Part shown: positions 1 to 9,427 of the stretch, piece by piece
How the letters are laid out: each line of letters begins with the position of its first letter
Position numbering within the stretch: position 1 is the stretch's first letter
Assembly (NCBI GenBank): GCA_046048995.1
Contig: JBJOEZ010000001.1
Span: 95,479 to 159,478, forward strand
DNA length: 64,000 nucleotides
Source: Verrucomicrobiota bacterium
Lineage (GTDB): Bacteria; Verrucomicrobiota; Verrucomicrobiia; Limisphaerales; JADJPG01
Direction: 5' to 3'
The notes under the pieces: generated by a model
What the model saw: only the letters and a program-made list of their open reading frames with translations
Database searches by the model: none
What the model was told of the DNA's origin: nothing
Position numbers and translations under genes: made by a program

Positions 1-302
1 GCTCCCCCCGCCCGGCTCGCCCGGTTCACCGTCACATGCTCCCGAAAGGTGTTCCCCTCCCCAATCCGCACCTCGGTCGGCGCCCCGTCATATTTCAGGT
101 CCTGTGGTGCATCCCCAATCACACACCCCGCATGAAACCGGTTCCGCGCCCCCGCCACCACCCGCCCCGCCAAATGCACATACGGCCCCACCACACACCC
201 AGGCCCCAACACCACCCCCTCCTCAATCACCGCATACGGACCCACCTCAACGCTCGCATCCAGTCGCGCCCCAGGATGAATCACTGCCGTCGGATGTCTC
301 AT
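1..302 (-). CDS. lpxA: UDP-N-acetylglucosamine O-acyltransferase, 5' part (gene runs off the window start)
   Basis: Not in ORF track. Manual translation MRHPTAVIHPGARLDASVEVGPYAVIEEGVVLGPGCVVGPYVHL...IGDAPQDLKYDGAPTEVRIGEGNTFREHVTVNR shows hexapeptide repeats and the LpxA PQDLKY and REHVTVNR motifs. Confidence 0.93.
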   Translation of the reverse strand, partial: MRHPTAVIHPGARLDASVEVGPYAVIEEGVVLGPGCVVGPYVHLAGRVVAGARNRFHAGCVIGDAPQDLKYDGAPTEVRIGEGNTFREHVTVNRASRAGG

Positions 303-378
303 GTGAACGGCCCAAAGACGGACCGGGCGCGAGTCTTACCACTCCCCCTTCCCTTTGCAAACGCGAACCGATCCGAGC

Positions 379-392
379 TTTAATCGATTAAA
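379..392. promoter_or_regulatory. Perfect 14-bp palindrome TTTAATCGATTAAA, candidate transcription-factor operator
   Basis: Perfect dyad in an AT-rich patch upstream of lpxA; the AANCGNTT core resembles LacI-family operators. Confidence 0.4.
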
Positions 393-547
393 AATACCAT
401 TCCCTGACCCCGCTATTTTCCGTGCCGGTTTTGGTACACAACCAACTGTTTTAAAGATCTTTATGTGTTAGGCCGATGGGATTTAAAGGTCCCTTTCTGT
501 CCGGTGGGTGGGGCGGACGAAACGGACCTGCCGGTCGGGCGGCTGTC

Positions 548-1465
548 TCAGGCGCTGAGGAAGGGGCGCAGGACGCGGCCCGCCACGCGCAGGGCGCGTT
601 GGCGGCCGGCGAGGGTGCGGCCGAAGGTGTCATCCTCGACCTCGATGCAGACGGGGCCGCGGTAGGAGGTTTCCATGAGGGCGCCGAGGAAGCGGCCCCA
701 GTCCATTTCGCCAAAACCGGGGATGCGGGGTTGGTGCCATTCCAGCGGGTGGGCGAAGACACCTGTTTCGTTCAGGCGGTCGCGACGGATTTTGACGTCC
801 TTGGCATGGACATGGAAGAAACGGTCCTGGAACTCGCGCAAGGGTCCGGCCGGGTCCATCTGCTGCAGCACCAGGTGGGACGGGTCGAAATTGAGCCCGA
901 AATGCCGGGAGGGAATGTCCGCGAACATCCGGCGCCAGATCACCGGGGTGGTGGCCAGGTTCTTGCCGCCGGGCCACTCGTCGCGCGTGAAGAGCATCGG
1001 GCAATTCTCGATGCCGACGCGGATGCCATGGTCCTCGGCAAAGGCGATGATCGGCCGCCAGGTCCTGAGAAAGCGCGGCCAGTTCTCATCCACGCTGCGG
1101 GTCCAGTCCCGGCCGACGAACGTATTGACCGTGCGCAGGCCCAGTTTTTCCGCCGCGCGGATGACGCGCTTGAGGTGGGTCACCCCCCGGCGGGCCGTGG
1201 CCGGGTCGGGGTCGAGCGGGTTCGGGTAATAACCCAGCGCGCTCAGGGCCACCCCGTGCCGGGCGCACAGGGCGTTGATGTCGTCGGCCTGGGCGCGGGT
1301 GAAACCGGTGACATCGACATGGGTGACGCCGGCGAACTTGCGCTCCGCGCGCCCCACCGGCCAGCACATGGCCTCGACGCAGGCAAAACCCTCCTGGCGC
1401 GCAAACTGAAGGACCTGGGCCAGGGACAATTCCGGGAGGATGGCGCTGACAAAGCCGAGTTGCAT
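548..1465 (-). CDS. Sugar phosphate isomerase/epimerase (xylose isomerase-like TIM barrel)
   Basis: MQLGFVSAIL start; IENCPM, LNFDPSHL, HVHAKD and PRIPGFGEMDW...IEVED metal-binding motifs. Confidence 0.88.
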   Translation of the reverse strand: MQLGFVSAILPELSLAQVLQFARQEGFACVEAMCWPVGRAERKFAGVTHVDVTGFTRAQADDINALCARHGVALSALGYYPNPLDPDPATARRGVTHLKRVIRAAEKLGLRTVNTFVGRDWTRSVDENWPRFLRTWRPIIAFAEDHGIRVGIENCPMLFTRDEWPGGKNLATTPVIWRRMFADIPSRHFGLNFDPSHLVLQQMDPAGPLREFQDRFFHVHAKDVKIRRDRLNETGVFAHPLEWHQPRIPGFGEMDWGRFLGALMETSYRGPVCIEVEDDTFGRTLAGRQRALRVAGRVLRPFLSA

Positions 1466-1644
1466 GAGGCCGCACGGTAGACGTCGGCCCCGGCCCGGGC
1501 CAAGGCAAACCACTGTCGCCGGGGGCGCATGGGGAAACGGTCCTCGCCGTGTGGCGTGGCGATGCCTTGACGCACGGTGGCGGCGGCCTCACAACAGGCG
1601 GCATCCGGACGCCCGTTGCGGGCCTGTTTCAACCCAGTCTCACC

Positions 1645-3156
1645 ATGTCCATCCCACTCTCAAGCCGCGGCGCCCTGCTGGCGGCCTGCTGCGCCGGTGG
1701 TGCCCTGCCGGTTTGCGCCCAGTATGCGCCCCCGCCCTCGCCGGCTCCCTTTGCGGGTTACCTGAACGAGTGGCTGCGGCAGGATCCTCCGGCCATGAGC
1801 CGCTGGGATTTCAGCGGATCCCTGCGCCTCCGTTACGAGTCAAAGGACCACTATGGCATTGCGGGGTCCGGGAGCGGGGCGACAGCCTCGGCGGATTTCC
1901 GGGACAAGGGAGCGGACACCACCAACGATTACCTGATGGAGAAGCTGCGGTTCCGGGCCGGCTATACCGGGACGTGGTGGGGTGCGGTGGCGGAGGGGCG
2001 GAGCAGCCTGGTGCAGGGGGACGACCGGGTCGCGGCGACGGCACCGGTCCGGCGCGTGGGGCACGGGCCCGAGCAGGACAGCATCGATTTGCACCAGGCC
2101 TACGTGACCCTGGGCAACCCGCAGGAATTCCCGGTCACCCTCAAGGTGGGCAGGCAGGAGATGTTGTATGGGGATGAACGGCTCGTGGGCGCCTTTGCTT
2201 GGAACAACATCGGGCGCGTGTTCGACGCCGCCAAGGTGGGGGTGACCAATGCCTGGTTCCAGGCGGACGCCTTTGCCAGCCGGGTGGTCATCCCGGAGGA
2301 CGACCAGTTCAACGTGGCCAACGACTACGACTGGTTTTCCGGCCTCTACGCCACCACCACCAAGGTTCCCAAGCACCTGTGCGACGTGTTTTTCCTGTCG
2401 CGCAACGCCGGGGCGGAAGCCGCCACGGCCGAGCCCAGTCCGCAGGCGCCCCAGCCCTCCGCGCGGGACATCTACACGCTGGGTGTGCGCGTGCGGTCCC
2501 TGCCGGGGCAGTTTGGCCACTGGGACTACGGCTTCGACCTGATGGGCCAGTTTGGCAACTACGCCGACGCGCGCTCCGGCGCCCCGGCCGGCCGGTTGGA
2601 TCACCGGGCCTACGCGGTGGTGGCGCAGGCCGGCTACACCTTCAAGGATGCGTGGGCCACGCCGCGGCTGGGCCTCGAGTATGCCCATGGGTCGGGCGAC
2701 AGTGATGCGCAGGACGGACGCCATGAGACCTTCGAAAACCTGTTTCCGACCAACCACAAGTTCTATGGCTACATGGATTTCCTGTCGCTGCAGAACCTGC
2801 ATGACGTGCGGTTCATCTACCAGGTGCGGCCGCATCCGCGCGTGAGCCTGGCCCTGGAGGGGCACGCCTTCTGGCTGGCGGACACCGGCGACAGCTTCTA
2901 CACGGCGGCCGGCACGGCCCGCGGCGGGGCCACGGCGACCGCCGGCGACGGCTACGGGGTGAACCCGGGCTACCACAACTTCCTCGGCACCGAGATCGAT
3001 CTGGTGGCGGGCTTCGCCTTGTCCCGGTCGGCCCAGCTGGAGCTGGGCGCCGGGCATTTCTTCGCCGGCACCTACATTGAGAGCAGCCTCTCCGCCCCCG
3101 GCTTCGGCGCGGCGGATGCCAACTTCGGCTACGTCCAGCTGAGCCTGCGGTTCTAG
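1645..3156 (+). CDS. Alginate export family outer-membrane beta-barrel protein
   Basis: Signal peptide; LRLRYE, DLHQAY, KVGRQEMLYGDERLVG..WNN..RVFDA and FENLFPTNHKFYGYMD motifs; C-terminal YVQLSLRF beta-signal. Confidence 0.85.
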   Translation: MSIPLSSRGALLAACCAGGALPVCAQYAPPPSPAPFAGYLNEWLRQDPPAMSRWDFSGSLRLRYESKDHYGIAGSGSGATASADFRDKGADTTNDYLMEKLRFRAGYTGTWWGAVAEGRSSLVQGDDRVAATAPVRRVGHGPEQDSIDLHQAYVTLGNPQEFPVTLKVGRQEMLYGDERLVGAFAWNNIGRVFDAAKVGVTNAWFQADAFASRVVIPEDDQFNVANDYDWFSGLYATTTKVPKHLCDVFFLSRNAGAEAATAEPSPQAPQPSARDIYTLGVRVRSLPGQFGHWDYGFDLMGQFGNYADARSGAPAGRLDHRAYAVVAQAGYTFKDAWATPRLGLEYAHGSGDSDAQDGRHETFENLFPTNHKFYGYMDFLSLQNLHDVRFIYQVRPHPRVSLALEGHAFWLADTGDSFYTAAGTARGGATATAGDGYGVNPGYHNFLGTEIDLVAGFALSRSAQLELGAGHFFAGTYIESSLSAPGFGAADANFGYVQLSLRF

Positions 3157-3164
3157 CTCCTGCC

Positions 3165-3389
3165 ATGATTCGCCCCCGTTTTCCTCTCCTGCTGATCCTG
3201 GCCGTGCTGGCCGCCGGGTGGCTCACCGGCTGCGCCCGCTACAAGGTGGTCTTCACCAACCAGACCACCACCACGTCCCGCGGCAAGCCCAGGTTCAACA
3301 AGGAGGCCGGCACCATCACCTTCAAGGATGGCCGGGGAGTGAAGCAGACCGTCCCGGCCTTTTCCGTCGAGACCATCGAACCCTACTGA
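3165..3389 (+). CDS. Small lipoprotein, YgdI/YgdR-like
   Basis: Lipobox LTGC followed by YKVVF..TTTTSRGKPRFNKEAGTITFKD pattern. Confidence 0.7.
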   Translation: MIRPRFPLLLILAVLAAGWLTGCARYKVVFTNQTTTTSRGKPRFNKEAGTITFKDGRGVKQTVPAFSVETIEPY

Positions 3390-4030
3390 CGGCGGGTGGG
3401 GCGCGCGGGGCGCGCGGTCCGGCGCGGGGTGGCCCGGAGGGCAAACTTCTCCACGTATTTGCCCAGGATGTCGGCCTCCAGGTTGACCGCATCGCCGACC
3501 CGGCGTTCCCGGAGGGCGGTCACGGACCGCGTATGGGGAATGATCCAGATGCGGAACCCGCGCGGGGTGAGTCCCGCCACGGTCAGGCTGATGCCATCCA
3601 CCGCAATGGAGCCCTTGAAAACCACGTAGCGCCGGATGTCGGCCGGGGCGGCCACCTCGAGCACGTAATCCTTGCCCGAGGCCTCCCAGCGCGTGATGCG
3701 GCCGACCCCGTCGATGTGGCCCGTCACGAAGTGGCCGTCGAGCCGGGCGCCGGCCCGGAGGGGGCGCTCGAGGTTGACGAGCGAACCCGGGGTCACCCCG
3801 CTCAGGTTGGTGCGGTCCCAGGTTTCCCGCAGCAGATCAAAGGTCACCCGGCGCCGCGGTCCCCGCCCGGCCAGGGCCACCGCCGTGAGGCAGCACCCGT
3901 TCACCGCCACGCTGTCCCCCAGCTTGAGCCCGCGCAGCACGGCGCCGGACTCGACCACCAACCGGATGCCCTTGGCGTGCGGCTGCACCGCGCGCACCGT
4001 GCCTGTTTCCTCAATGATGCCCGTGAACAT
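3383..4030 (-). CDS. ribE: Riboflavin synthase
   Basis: MFTGIIEE start, GDSVAVNGCCLT, VNLER, GHFVTGHIDG, KGSIAVDGISLT. Confidence 0.96.
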   Translation of the reverse strand: MFTGIIEETGTVRAVQPHAKGIRLVVESGAVLRGLKLGDSVAVNGCCLTAVALAGRGPRRRVTFDLLRETWDRTNLSGVTPGSLVNLERPLRAGARLDGHFVTGHIDGVGRITRWEASGKDYVLEVAAPADIRRYVVFKGSIAVDGISLTVAGLTPRGFRIWIIPHTRSVTALRERRVGDAVNLEADILGKYVEKFALRATPRRTARPARPTRRQ

Positions 4031-4048
4031 GGCGACAGCATGCCTCGC

Positions 4049-5209
4049 TCAGGGCGGGCTGACGAGCGCCGTCATCAGCCAGTCCTCGCCCAACTGCCGC
4101 CAGCGGACATCCCGCAACGCCGGCAGCCCGCGCCGATCCGCCGCCCCGAGGCCGGCCACCGCGCGGCGTGCCGCCCGGCCGCCCAGGACACGCGGGGCAT
4201 AAAAAAAGGCCACCCGGTGGGCCCAGCCGCCGAAGAGGAACGCCGCATTGACCTCCCCGCCGCCCTCCACCAGCAGGCGCGTGACGCCCTCCCCACCCAA
4301 CCGCTGCAGCAGCCAGCCCGGGTCGATGCCCCTCCGCCCGCGCCGTCCGGGACAGGTCCAGACCGTCACCCGGCGGGCCAGCGCCGCCACGCGGCGCGCC
4401 GGGGCTTCCCGCGTGACCACCACCACCGTGGGCGCCGCGCCGTCGGTCACCACGCGGGAGGTGAGGGGCGTGCGGGCCCGCGAATCCAGAATGATCCGGC
4501 GCAGCGGGGGGGCGGTTGCGGCCGTGCGGTGTCCCGGGCGCGGTGCCGGGCCATCCCGGCGGGTGAGGGACGGGTCATCGGCGAGGACGGTGTTGACGCC
4601 GACCAGGATGGCGCCCGCCTCGTTCCGGAGCTTCCGGCCCGCGGCCCGCGCCGGTTCGCCCGTGATCCACTTCGATTCGCCCGCTGCCGTCGCGATGCGG
4701 CCGTCGAGGGTCATGGCCGCCTTTACGGTCACGAAGGGGGTCCGGTGGACGATCCAGTGGTTGAAGGCCTCGTTGAGTCGTGTGGCCTCGTCCGCGAGCA
4801 GGCCATGGTCGACCGCGAGGCCGGCGCGGCGCAGTTTCCGGAAACCGCGTCCGGCATGGGCGGGGTTGGGATCGGTGGCGGCCACCACCACGCGCCGGAG
4901 GCCGGCCGCCAGGATGGCCTCCGTGCAGGGCGGCGTGCGCCCGTGCGTCGAGCAGGGCTCGAGCGTGACGTAGAGGGTGGCCCCGCGCACCCGGGCGCCC
5001 CGCCGGGCCGCGTCGCGCAGGGCCTCGATCTCGGCGTGCGGGCCCCCGGCGACCCGGTGCCAGCCGCGCCCCAGGATGCGCGCACCGCGCACCAGCACGG
5101 CCCCCACCATGGGGTTGGGGTCAGTCGTGCCCCGGCCGCGCCGGGCCAGGCGCAGCGCCTCCCGCAGGAAACGGGCATCGCTGGCGGGATCGGGACGGCG
5201 GGCGCGCAT
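4049..5209 (-). CDS. ribD: Bifunctional diaminohydroxyphosphoribosylaminopyrimidine deaminase/reductase
   Basis: PNPMVGAV, HAE, TLEPCSTHGRTPPC, TLDGRIA, LLVEGGG motifs; start inferred at ATG 5209. Confidence 0.95.
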   Translation of the reverse strand: MRARRPDPASDARFLREALRLARRGRGTTDPNPMVGAVLVRGARILGRGWHRVAGGPHAEIEALRDAARRGARVRGATLYVTLEPCSTHGRTPPCTEAILAAGLRRVVVAATDPNPAHAGRGFRKLRRAGLAVDHGLLADEATRLNEAFNHWIVHRTPFVTVKAAMTLDGRIATAAGESKWITGEPARAAGRKLRNEAGAILVGVNTVLADDPSLTRRDGPAPRPGHRTAATAPPLRRIILDSRARTPLTSRVVTDGAAPTVVVVTREAPARRVAALARRVTVWTCPGRRGRRGIDPGWLLQRLGGEGVTRLLVEGGGEVNAAFLFGGWAHRVAFFYAPRVLGGRAARRAVAGLGAADRRGLPALRDVRWRQLGEDWLMTALVSPP

Positions 5210-5297
5210 GTGCCGGGCAACGAAGCCGGGCCCCGCGATCCCTGTCAAGCCGCGCGGCCGCCCTCGCCCCGGGTCTCCACCCGCGGCAACTGCACTC

Positions 5298-5326
5298 TTG
5301 CCGGTCCGGCGGGGCGTTCTTATCGT
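5298..5326 (+). promoter_or_regulatory. Sigma70-type promoter, likely giving a leaderless transcript of the LysM gene
   Basis: TTGCCG-17 bp-TATCGT, then 6 bp to ATG 5333; no Shine-Dalgarno. Confidence 0.55.
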
Positions 5327-5332
5327 CCGCCC

Positions 5333-6001
5333 ATGAAACGGTCCGTCTTCCTTTTTTCCCCCCTGCTCGTGGCCGCGGTGCTGTGGGTGCCCCCGCTGGC
5401 GGCCCAGAACCCGGTGGCGGAGGCGGAGCGCCAGCAGCAGGAGGAACGCTACCAGACGCTGAACCGCCGCATGGAATTGCTGGAGGAGAGCATTGCCGCC
5501 CACCAGAAGTCGGTGCAGGCCCTGACCGACGAGGTGCGGAAGCTGAAGGATGAGGTGGACCGGGCCCGGACGCGGAATGACGGCGCCGCCTCGCAGGAGA
5601 GCCTGAAGCGGCTGCAGGAGGCCATCGTGGAGGTGGACAAGAAGCGCCTCGCCGATGGGGAGAGGGTGACGCGGTCCTTCGAGGAACTGCGCAAGCTGAT
5701 CCTGCGGGCTGCCGGCGGGGCGGGGTCCACGGGGGCGGGCGGGGCGGCGGGCACGTCCGGCGCGGAGTCCCGGACGAATCGCAACCCGCGGACGACCGGA
5801 ACGGGCGGCACGGAGCCGATCATTCCCGGCAAGGGTTATAAGTACGCGATCAAGTCCGGCGACACGCTTTCGGCGCTGGTCAAGGCCCTGCGGGCGGACG
5901 GCCACAAGGTGACCGAGCGGATGATCATGGATGTGAACCCGGGCGTGAACTGGAACCGGCTGCGCGTCGGGCAGGACGTGTTCATTCCGGAGACGCGCTG
6001 A
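5333..6001 (+). CDS. Secreted coiled-coil protein with C-terminal LysM peptidoglycan-binding domain
   Basis: Signal peptide MKRSVFLF...LAAQ, coiled coil, Gly-rich linker, YAIKSGDTLSAL...NPGVNWNRLRVGQDVFIP. Confidence 0.88.
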   Translation: MKRSVFLFSPLLVAAVLWVPPLAAQNPVAEAERQQQEERYQTLNRRMELLEESIAAHQKSVQALTDEVRKLKDEVDRARTRNDGAASQESLKRLQEAIVEVDKKRLADGERVTRSFEELRKLILRAAGGAGSTGAGGAAGTSGAESRTNRNPRTTGTGGTEPIIPGKGYKYAIKSGDTLSALVKALRADGHKVTERMIMDVNPGVNWNRLRVGQDVFIPETR

Positions 6002-6028
6002 GGCGGCCCGGAAGGCGCCGGGCAGCAG

Positions 6029-6086
6029 AAGGCAGCCGAGGGCGAAAGGCCGCGGGCCGGGGGTGACCCCGGCCCGGGCTGTTTTT
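6029..6086 (+). terminator. GC-rich hairpin followed by a T-run, putative terminator between convergent LysM gene and greA
   Basis: CGGGCCGGGG-GTGA-CCCCGGCCCG (6053-6076), outer pairing 6029-6037 with 6077-6085, then TTTTT. Confidence 0.45.
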
Positions 6087-6128
6087 GGGAGCTGGAAGAG
6101 AGGCCGTGGAGGCCTTGGCCGGCGGGTG

Positions 6129-7979
6129 TCAGGCGCCGGGGTTGGAGGGCGGGGCCGGGGCGGCGCAGGCCTCGATGGCGTCGATGCGGTAGCGCTTGCG
6201 GTGACCGTCCATCTCGAACTCGGCCTCGTCGCCGACCTTCTTGTTGATGAGCGCCTGGGCCAGGGGGGTGAGGTAGCTGACGATGCCGTGGTCGGGGTCG
6301 GTGTCCCAGGCGCCGAGGATGGTGAACTGCTCGGGCTGGTTGGCGGAGAGTTCGTGGACGCGGACGCGGGTGCCGGGGCTGACCACGTCGGTGCGGGCGC
6401 TGGCGAAGTCCGTGCCGCGGGCGCGCACGAGCTGTTGTTCCAGCTCGGCCTTGCGGCGCATGAGGATCTTCTGCATTTCCTTGGCCGCCTTGTATTCGTG
6501 GTTCTCGCGGAGGTCGCCGTAGCTGCGGGCGATGGCGATTTCCTTCGAGTTGGCGGGGACCTTCTTCTGGACCAGCTCGGTGTACTCGTTCTTGCGCTTC
6601 TCGAGGCTTTCCCAGGTGACGAGCAGGGTGTTGTCCTGCTTGCTGGACTGGTCGCCGGAGATGAGGGATTGGACGGCCGGGTAGGTTTTGACGATGCGGG
6701 CGAGGAGCGACCGCTTGTCCATGTCGTCGAAGCAGGGGGAGAGCTGGAGGGCGCGGGTGAGGTCCTTGATGACCTCGAAGTCGGCCGAGCCGATGAGTTC
6801 CACGAGCAGTTCCTGGTCGGAGAGGATGTAATCGCGGAGCTTGTTGGACTTCTTCTCGTTGAACTGGTCGCGCTCCATGGCGGTGAGCATGGCGCGGAAA
6901 ACCTCGGGGCCGAGGATGTCGGCGAAGGAATCGGAGCGTTCCTTGGCCAGCCAGTGGAGGAGTTCGCTGGAGGCGGTGTGGCGGCTGATCAGCTGGGAGA
7001 GGGTGTCCTTGAGCTGCTGGGTTTTGCCTTCCTGGACGAGGAGATCGACGCATTCGCCGACGACCTTGGAGGGGACGGCGTTGAGGGTGGCGAGGACGGC
7101 CTCGTGCCAGAGGGCGGGCTGGGCCTCCTTGTAGGACTGGAGGACGCGCTTGTGCTTGGCCACGGGGATGTCCCCGAGCAGGGTGGCGAGGCGGAGGTCG
7201 GGGGTCCAGATGGCCGTGGTGCTGAGTTCGCCGCTGGCGGGGGCGGGCAGGCCGGCGGCCTGGCGGAGGTCGTCGCGCACAAAGATGCCCTCGAGGGCCG
7301 TGTGCGGCTGGGTGCGCTGGTGGCTGGCGATTTCGCCGTTGAGCACCGTGATCATCTCCTGCGCCACCGCGGCCTTGTCCGGCAGGTCGGCGAAGCCCTT
7401 CAGGGCCTCGTTGGCCGAGGCGGTCTTGTTCTTGAGCCCCTTGGCGGCGCGGAACTCCCCCAGCAGGCGGTCGGCCAGGGTGATCTCCCTGGATTGCAGG
7501 ACAATCGGGTCGGTCTTCTTGATGGGGACCGTGAAGTGGCCGTCCTTCTTGAGCTCGGTCCGGGCCACCTCCCACCACTTCTTCCAGTCATCACGGATGA
7601 CCTCGGGGACCAGCACCTGCTGAATCTGGTCGAGGGTGGCCCGGCCGCCAAAGCTTTCCAGCACGACCTTGATGAGGTCGAGGTGGTGCAGGGCGGCCAT
7701 CTGGCGCAGGCCTTCGAGGTCGGCGACCTTGCGGGCGAAGATGTGCGTGGGGGCGATGGCCTTGAGGGACTCGGCGGCGAAGCCCAGGTCCATGGTGTGG
7801 CCGGCCTTGGACTGGAAATCGATGGTGAACCGGGCGAAGACGGTGTCGACGGCCTTGATCTTGCCGAAGCCCCAGCTCTTGTGGGTGCAGTAGCCGCTTT
7901 GCGTGAGGATGACGAGCTGATCGATGTGGCGGGTGGTGATTTTGCCCGCAGAGGCCAGTTTCTCGAATTCTTCTCTCAT
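6129..7979 (-). CDS. greA: Long-form GreA/GreB transcription elongation factor (large N-terminal extension)
   Basis: C-terminal IAIARSYGDLRENHEYKAAKE, FTILGAWD, VSYLTPLAQALINKKVGD; about 450-aa N-terminal extension as in PVC bacteria. Confidence 0.9.
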   Translation of the reverse strand: MREEFEKLASAGKITTRHIDQLVILTQSGYCTHKSWGFGKIKAVDTVFARFTIDFQSKAGHTMDLGFAAESLKAIAPTHIFARKVADLEGLRQMAALHHLDLIKVVLESFGGRATLDQIQQVLVPEVIRDDWKKWWEVARTELKKDGHFTVPIKKTDPIVLQSREITLADRLLGEFRAAKGLKNKTASANEALKGFADLPDKAAVAQEMITVLNGEIASHQRTQPHTALEGIFVRDDLRQAAGLPAPASGELSTTAIWTPDLRLATLLGDIPVAKHKRVLQSYKEAQPALWHEAVLATLNAVPSKVVGECVDLLVQEGKTQQLKDTLSQLISRHTASSELLHWLAKERSDSFADILGPEVFRAMLTAMERDQFNEKKSNKLRDYILSDQELLVELIGSADFEVIKDLTRALQLSPCFDDMDKRSLLARIVKTYPAVQSLISGDQSSKQDNTLLVTWESLEKRKNEYTELVQKKVPANSKEIAIARSYGDLRENHEYKAAKEMQKILMRRKAELEQQLVRARGTDFASARTDVVSPGTRVRVHELSANQPEQFTILGAWDTDPDHGIVSYLTPLAQALINKKVGDEAEFEMDGHRKRYRIDAIEACAAPAPPSNPGA

Positions 7980-8038
7980 AAGGGGACGGCTGGGCGCTTA
8001 AAACTCGATTGGTTGAACGCGTCTGGCAGTATGGCCGG

Positions 8039-9343
8039 GTGCGTGTCGAAAAACCAAGAGAAATTGCCGTGCGCATCCTGCAGCGTGCGGAGGGCGGGGC
8101 GGGATGGCTGGAAAGCGTGCTCGACGAGGCGCTGGCGCAGGCCGGGGCCGGCCTGGCCCCGGCCGACCGCGGGCTGGTGCGCGAGTTGGTCTGCGGCGTG
8201 GTCCGGTGGCAGGCGACCCTCGACTGGCTGATTGATCGCCGCACGGGCGGGCGCCCCCAGAAGCCGTCGGTGCAGCGCCTCCTGCGCCTGGGCCTTTACC
8301 AGCTGTTCTGGCTGGACCGCGTCCCCGACCATGCCGCGGTCCACGAGACGGTCGAGATGGCCCGCCGCCTGGGGGGGGCGCCCCAGGCGGGATTCGTCAA
8401 CGCCATCCTCCGCGGCTGCCTGCGGGAACGCGCGGCCATCGAGGAATCCCTGCGCGACCTGCGCGTGCGCCAGCCGCACCTGGGCTGGTCCCACCCGGAA
8501 TGGCTCTGCGCCCGCTGGGCGGCCCGGTGGGGCGCCGATGGCCTGGCCCGGCTGCTTGAATGGGACAATACGCCGCCCCCGACCTATGCGCGGGTCAACA
8601 CCCTGCGCGCCTCCCCGGAGGCGCTGGCCGCGCAACTGGAACGCGAGGGGGTGCTCTTCACCCCGCGCCCCTACGACTGGGTGGCCACCGACCTCGTCTT
8701 TGAGCTGCGGGAACATCCGCCGTTGCCGAGTCTCCCCAGCTTTCGCCAGGGGCTCTTTTACGTGCAGGACCCGAGCACCCTGCTCGCTCCCCGGCTCTTG
8801 GACCCGCAACCGGGGCAGGACGTCCTCGACCTGTGCGCGGCGCCCGGGGGCAAGACAACCTATCTGGCGCAGTTGATGGGCGACCGGGGCTGCGTCGTGG
8901 CGCGCGACAGCGACCCCGAACGCCTGCGGCGGGTGACGGAGAACTGTGCGCGGCTGCAGGTCGCGTGCGTCCGCGTTGGGGAGGGGCCGGGGCCGGGCGC
9001 GATGCCGACGTCGTTCGACCGGATCCTGGTCGATGCGCCCTGCTCAAACACGGGCGTGATGCGGCGCCGGGTGGAGTTGCGCTGGCGGGTGCGGCCGGGG
9101 GAACTGGAACGGCTGGCCGCCCTCCAGCTGGACCTGCTGCGCGCGGCCGTGCCGCAGTTGCGGCCGGGCGGGGCGCTGGTCTACAGCACGTGCAGCCTGG
9201 AGCCGGAGGAAAACGGGGACGTGGTCCGCCGGTTCCTTGCGGAGGCGCCGGGGTTCCGGCTCGAGGCCGAGCGCCAGCTGGTCCCGCTGGCCGACAAGGT
9301 CGACGGGGCCTATGCGGCCCGTTTGGTCAAGGCCGGACCATAG
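8039..9343 (+). CDS. rsmB: 16S rRNA (cytosine967-C5) methyltransferase
   Basis: NusB-like N-terminus, VLDLCAAPGGKT, ILVDAPCSNTG, VYSTCSLEPEEN; start GTG 8039 inferred. Confidence 0.93.
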   Translation: MRVEKPREIAVRILQRAEGGAGWLESVLDEALAQAGAGLAPADRGLVRELVCGVVRWQATLDWLIDRRTGGRPQKPSVQRLLRLGLYQLFWLDRVPDHAAVHETVEMARRLGGAPQAGFVNAILRGCLRERAAIEESLRDLRVRQPHLGWSHPEWLCARWAARWGADGLARLLEWDNTPPPTYARVNTLRASPEALAAQLEREGVLFTPRPYDWVATDLVFELREHPPLPSLPSFRQGLFYVQDPSTLLAPRLLDPQPGQDVLDLCAAPGGKTTYLAQLMGDRGCVVARDSDPERLRRVTENCARLQVACVRVGEGPGPGAMPTSFDRILVDAPCSNTGVMRRRVELRWRVRPGELERLAALQLDLLRAAVPQLRPGGALVYSTCSLEPEENGDVVRRFLAEAPGFRLEAERQLVPLADKVDGAYAARLVKAGP

Positions 9344-9346
9344 CCG

Positions 9347-9420
9347 GGCAGGGCGGGTTGCGCTGCGAGCCGCCAACCCTGCCCTCCGCACAAGCGGGTC
9401 GCAGCGCGACCCGCTCTACC
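9347..9420. repeat. Inverted pair of GTAG-type REP elements (REPIN-like)
   Basis: Minus strand 9391-9420 reads GGTAGAGCGGGTCGCGCTGCGACCCGCTTG (GTAG plus hairpin); degenerate inverted copy at 9347-9373 (23/27 match). Confidence 0.6.
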
Positions 9421-9427
9421 CGGGGGA

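Noticed and set aside
5210-5332. FMN riboswitch upstream of ribD
   Set aside because: Short spacer containing the divergent promoter; no RFN consensus seen
3218-6001. 927-aa ORF as a single protein
   Set aside because: Only the last 222 aa (from ATG 5333) look real; the rest overlaps ribE and ribD antisense
6002-6090. SRP RNA or hammerhead ribozyme suggested by GGAA, GAAA and GTGA-capped hairpins
   Set aside because: Lacks the SRP CAGG..GGAA..AGCAG arrangement and the hammerhead CUGANGA core; treated as a terminator-like structure
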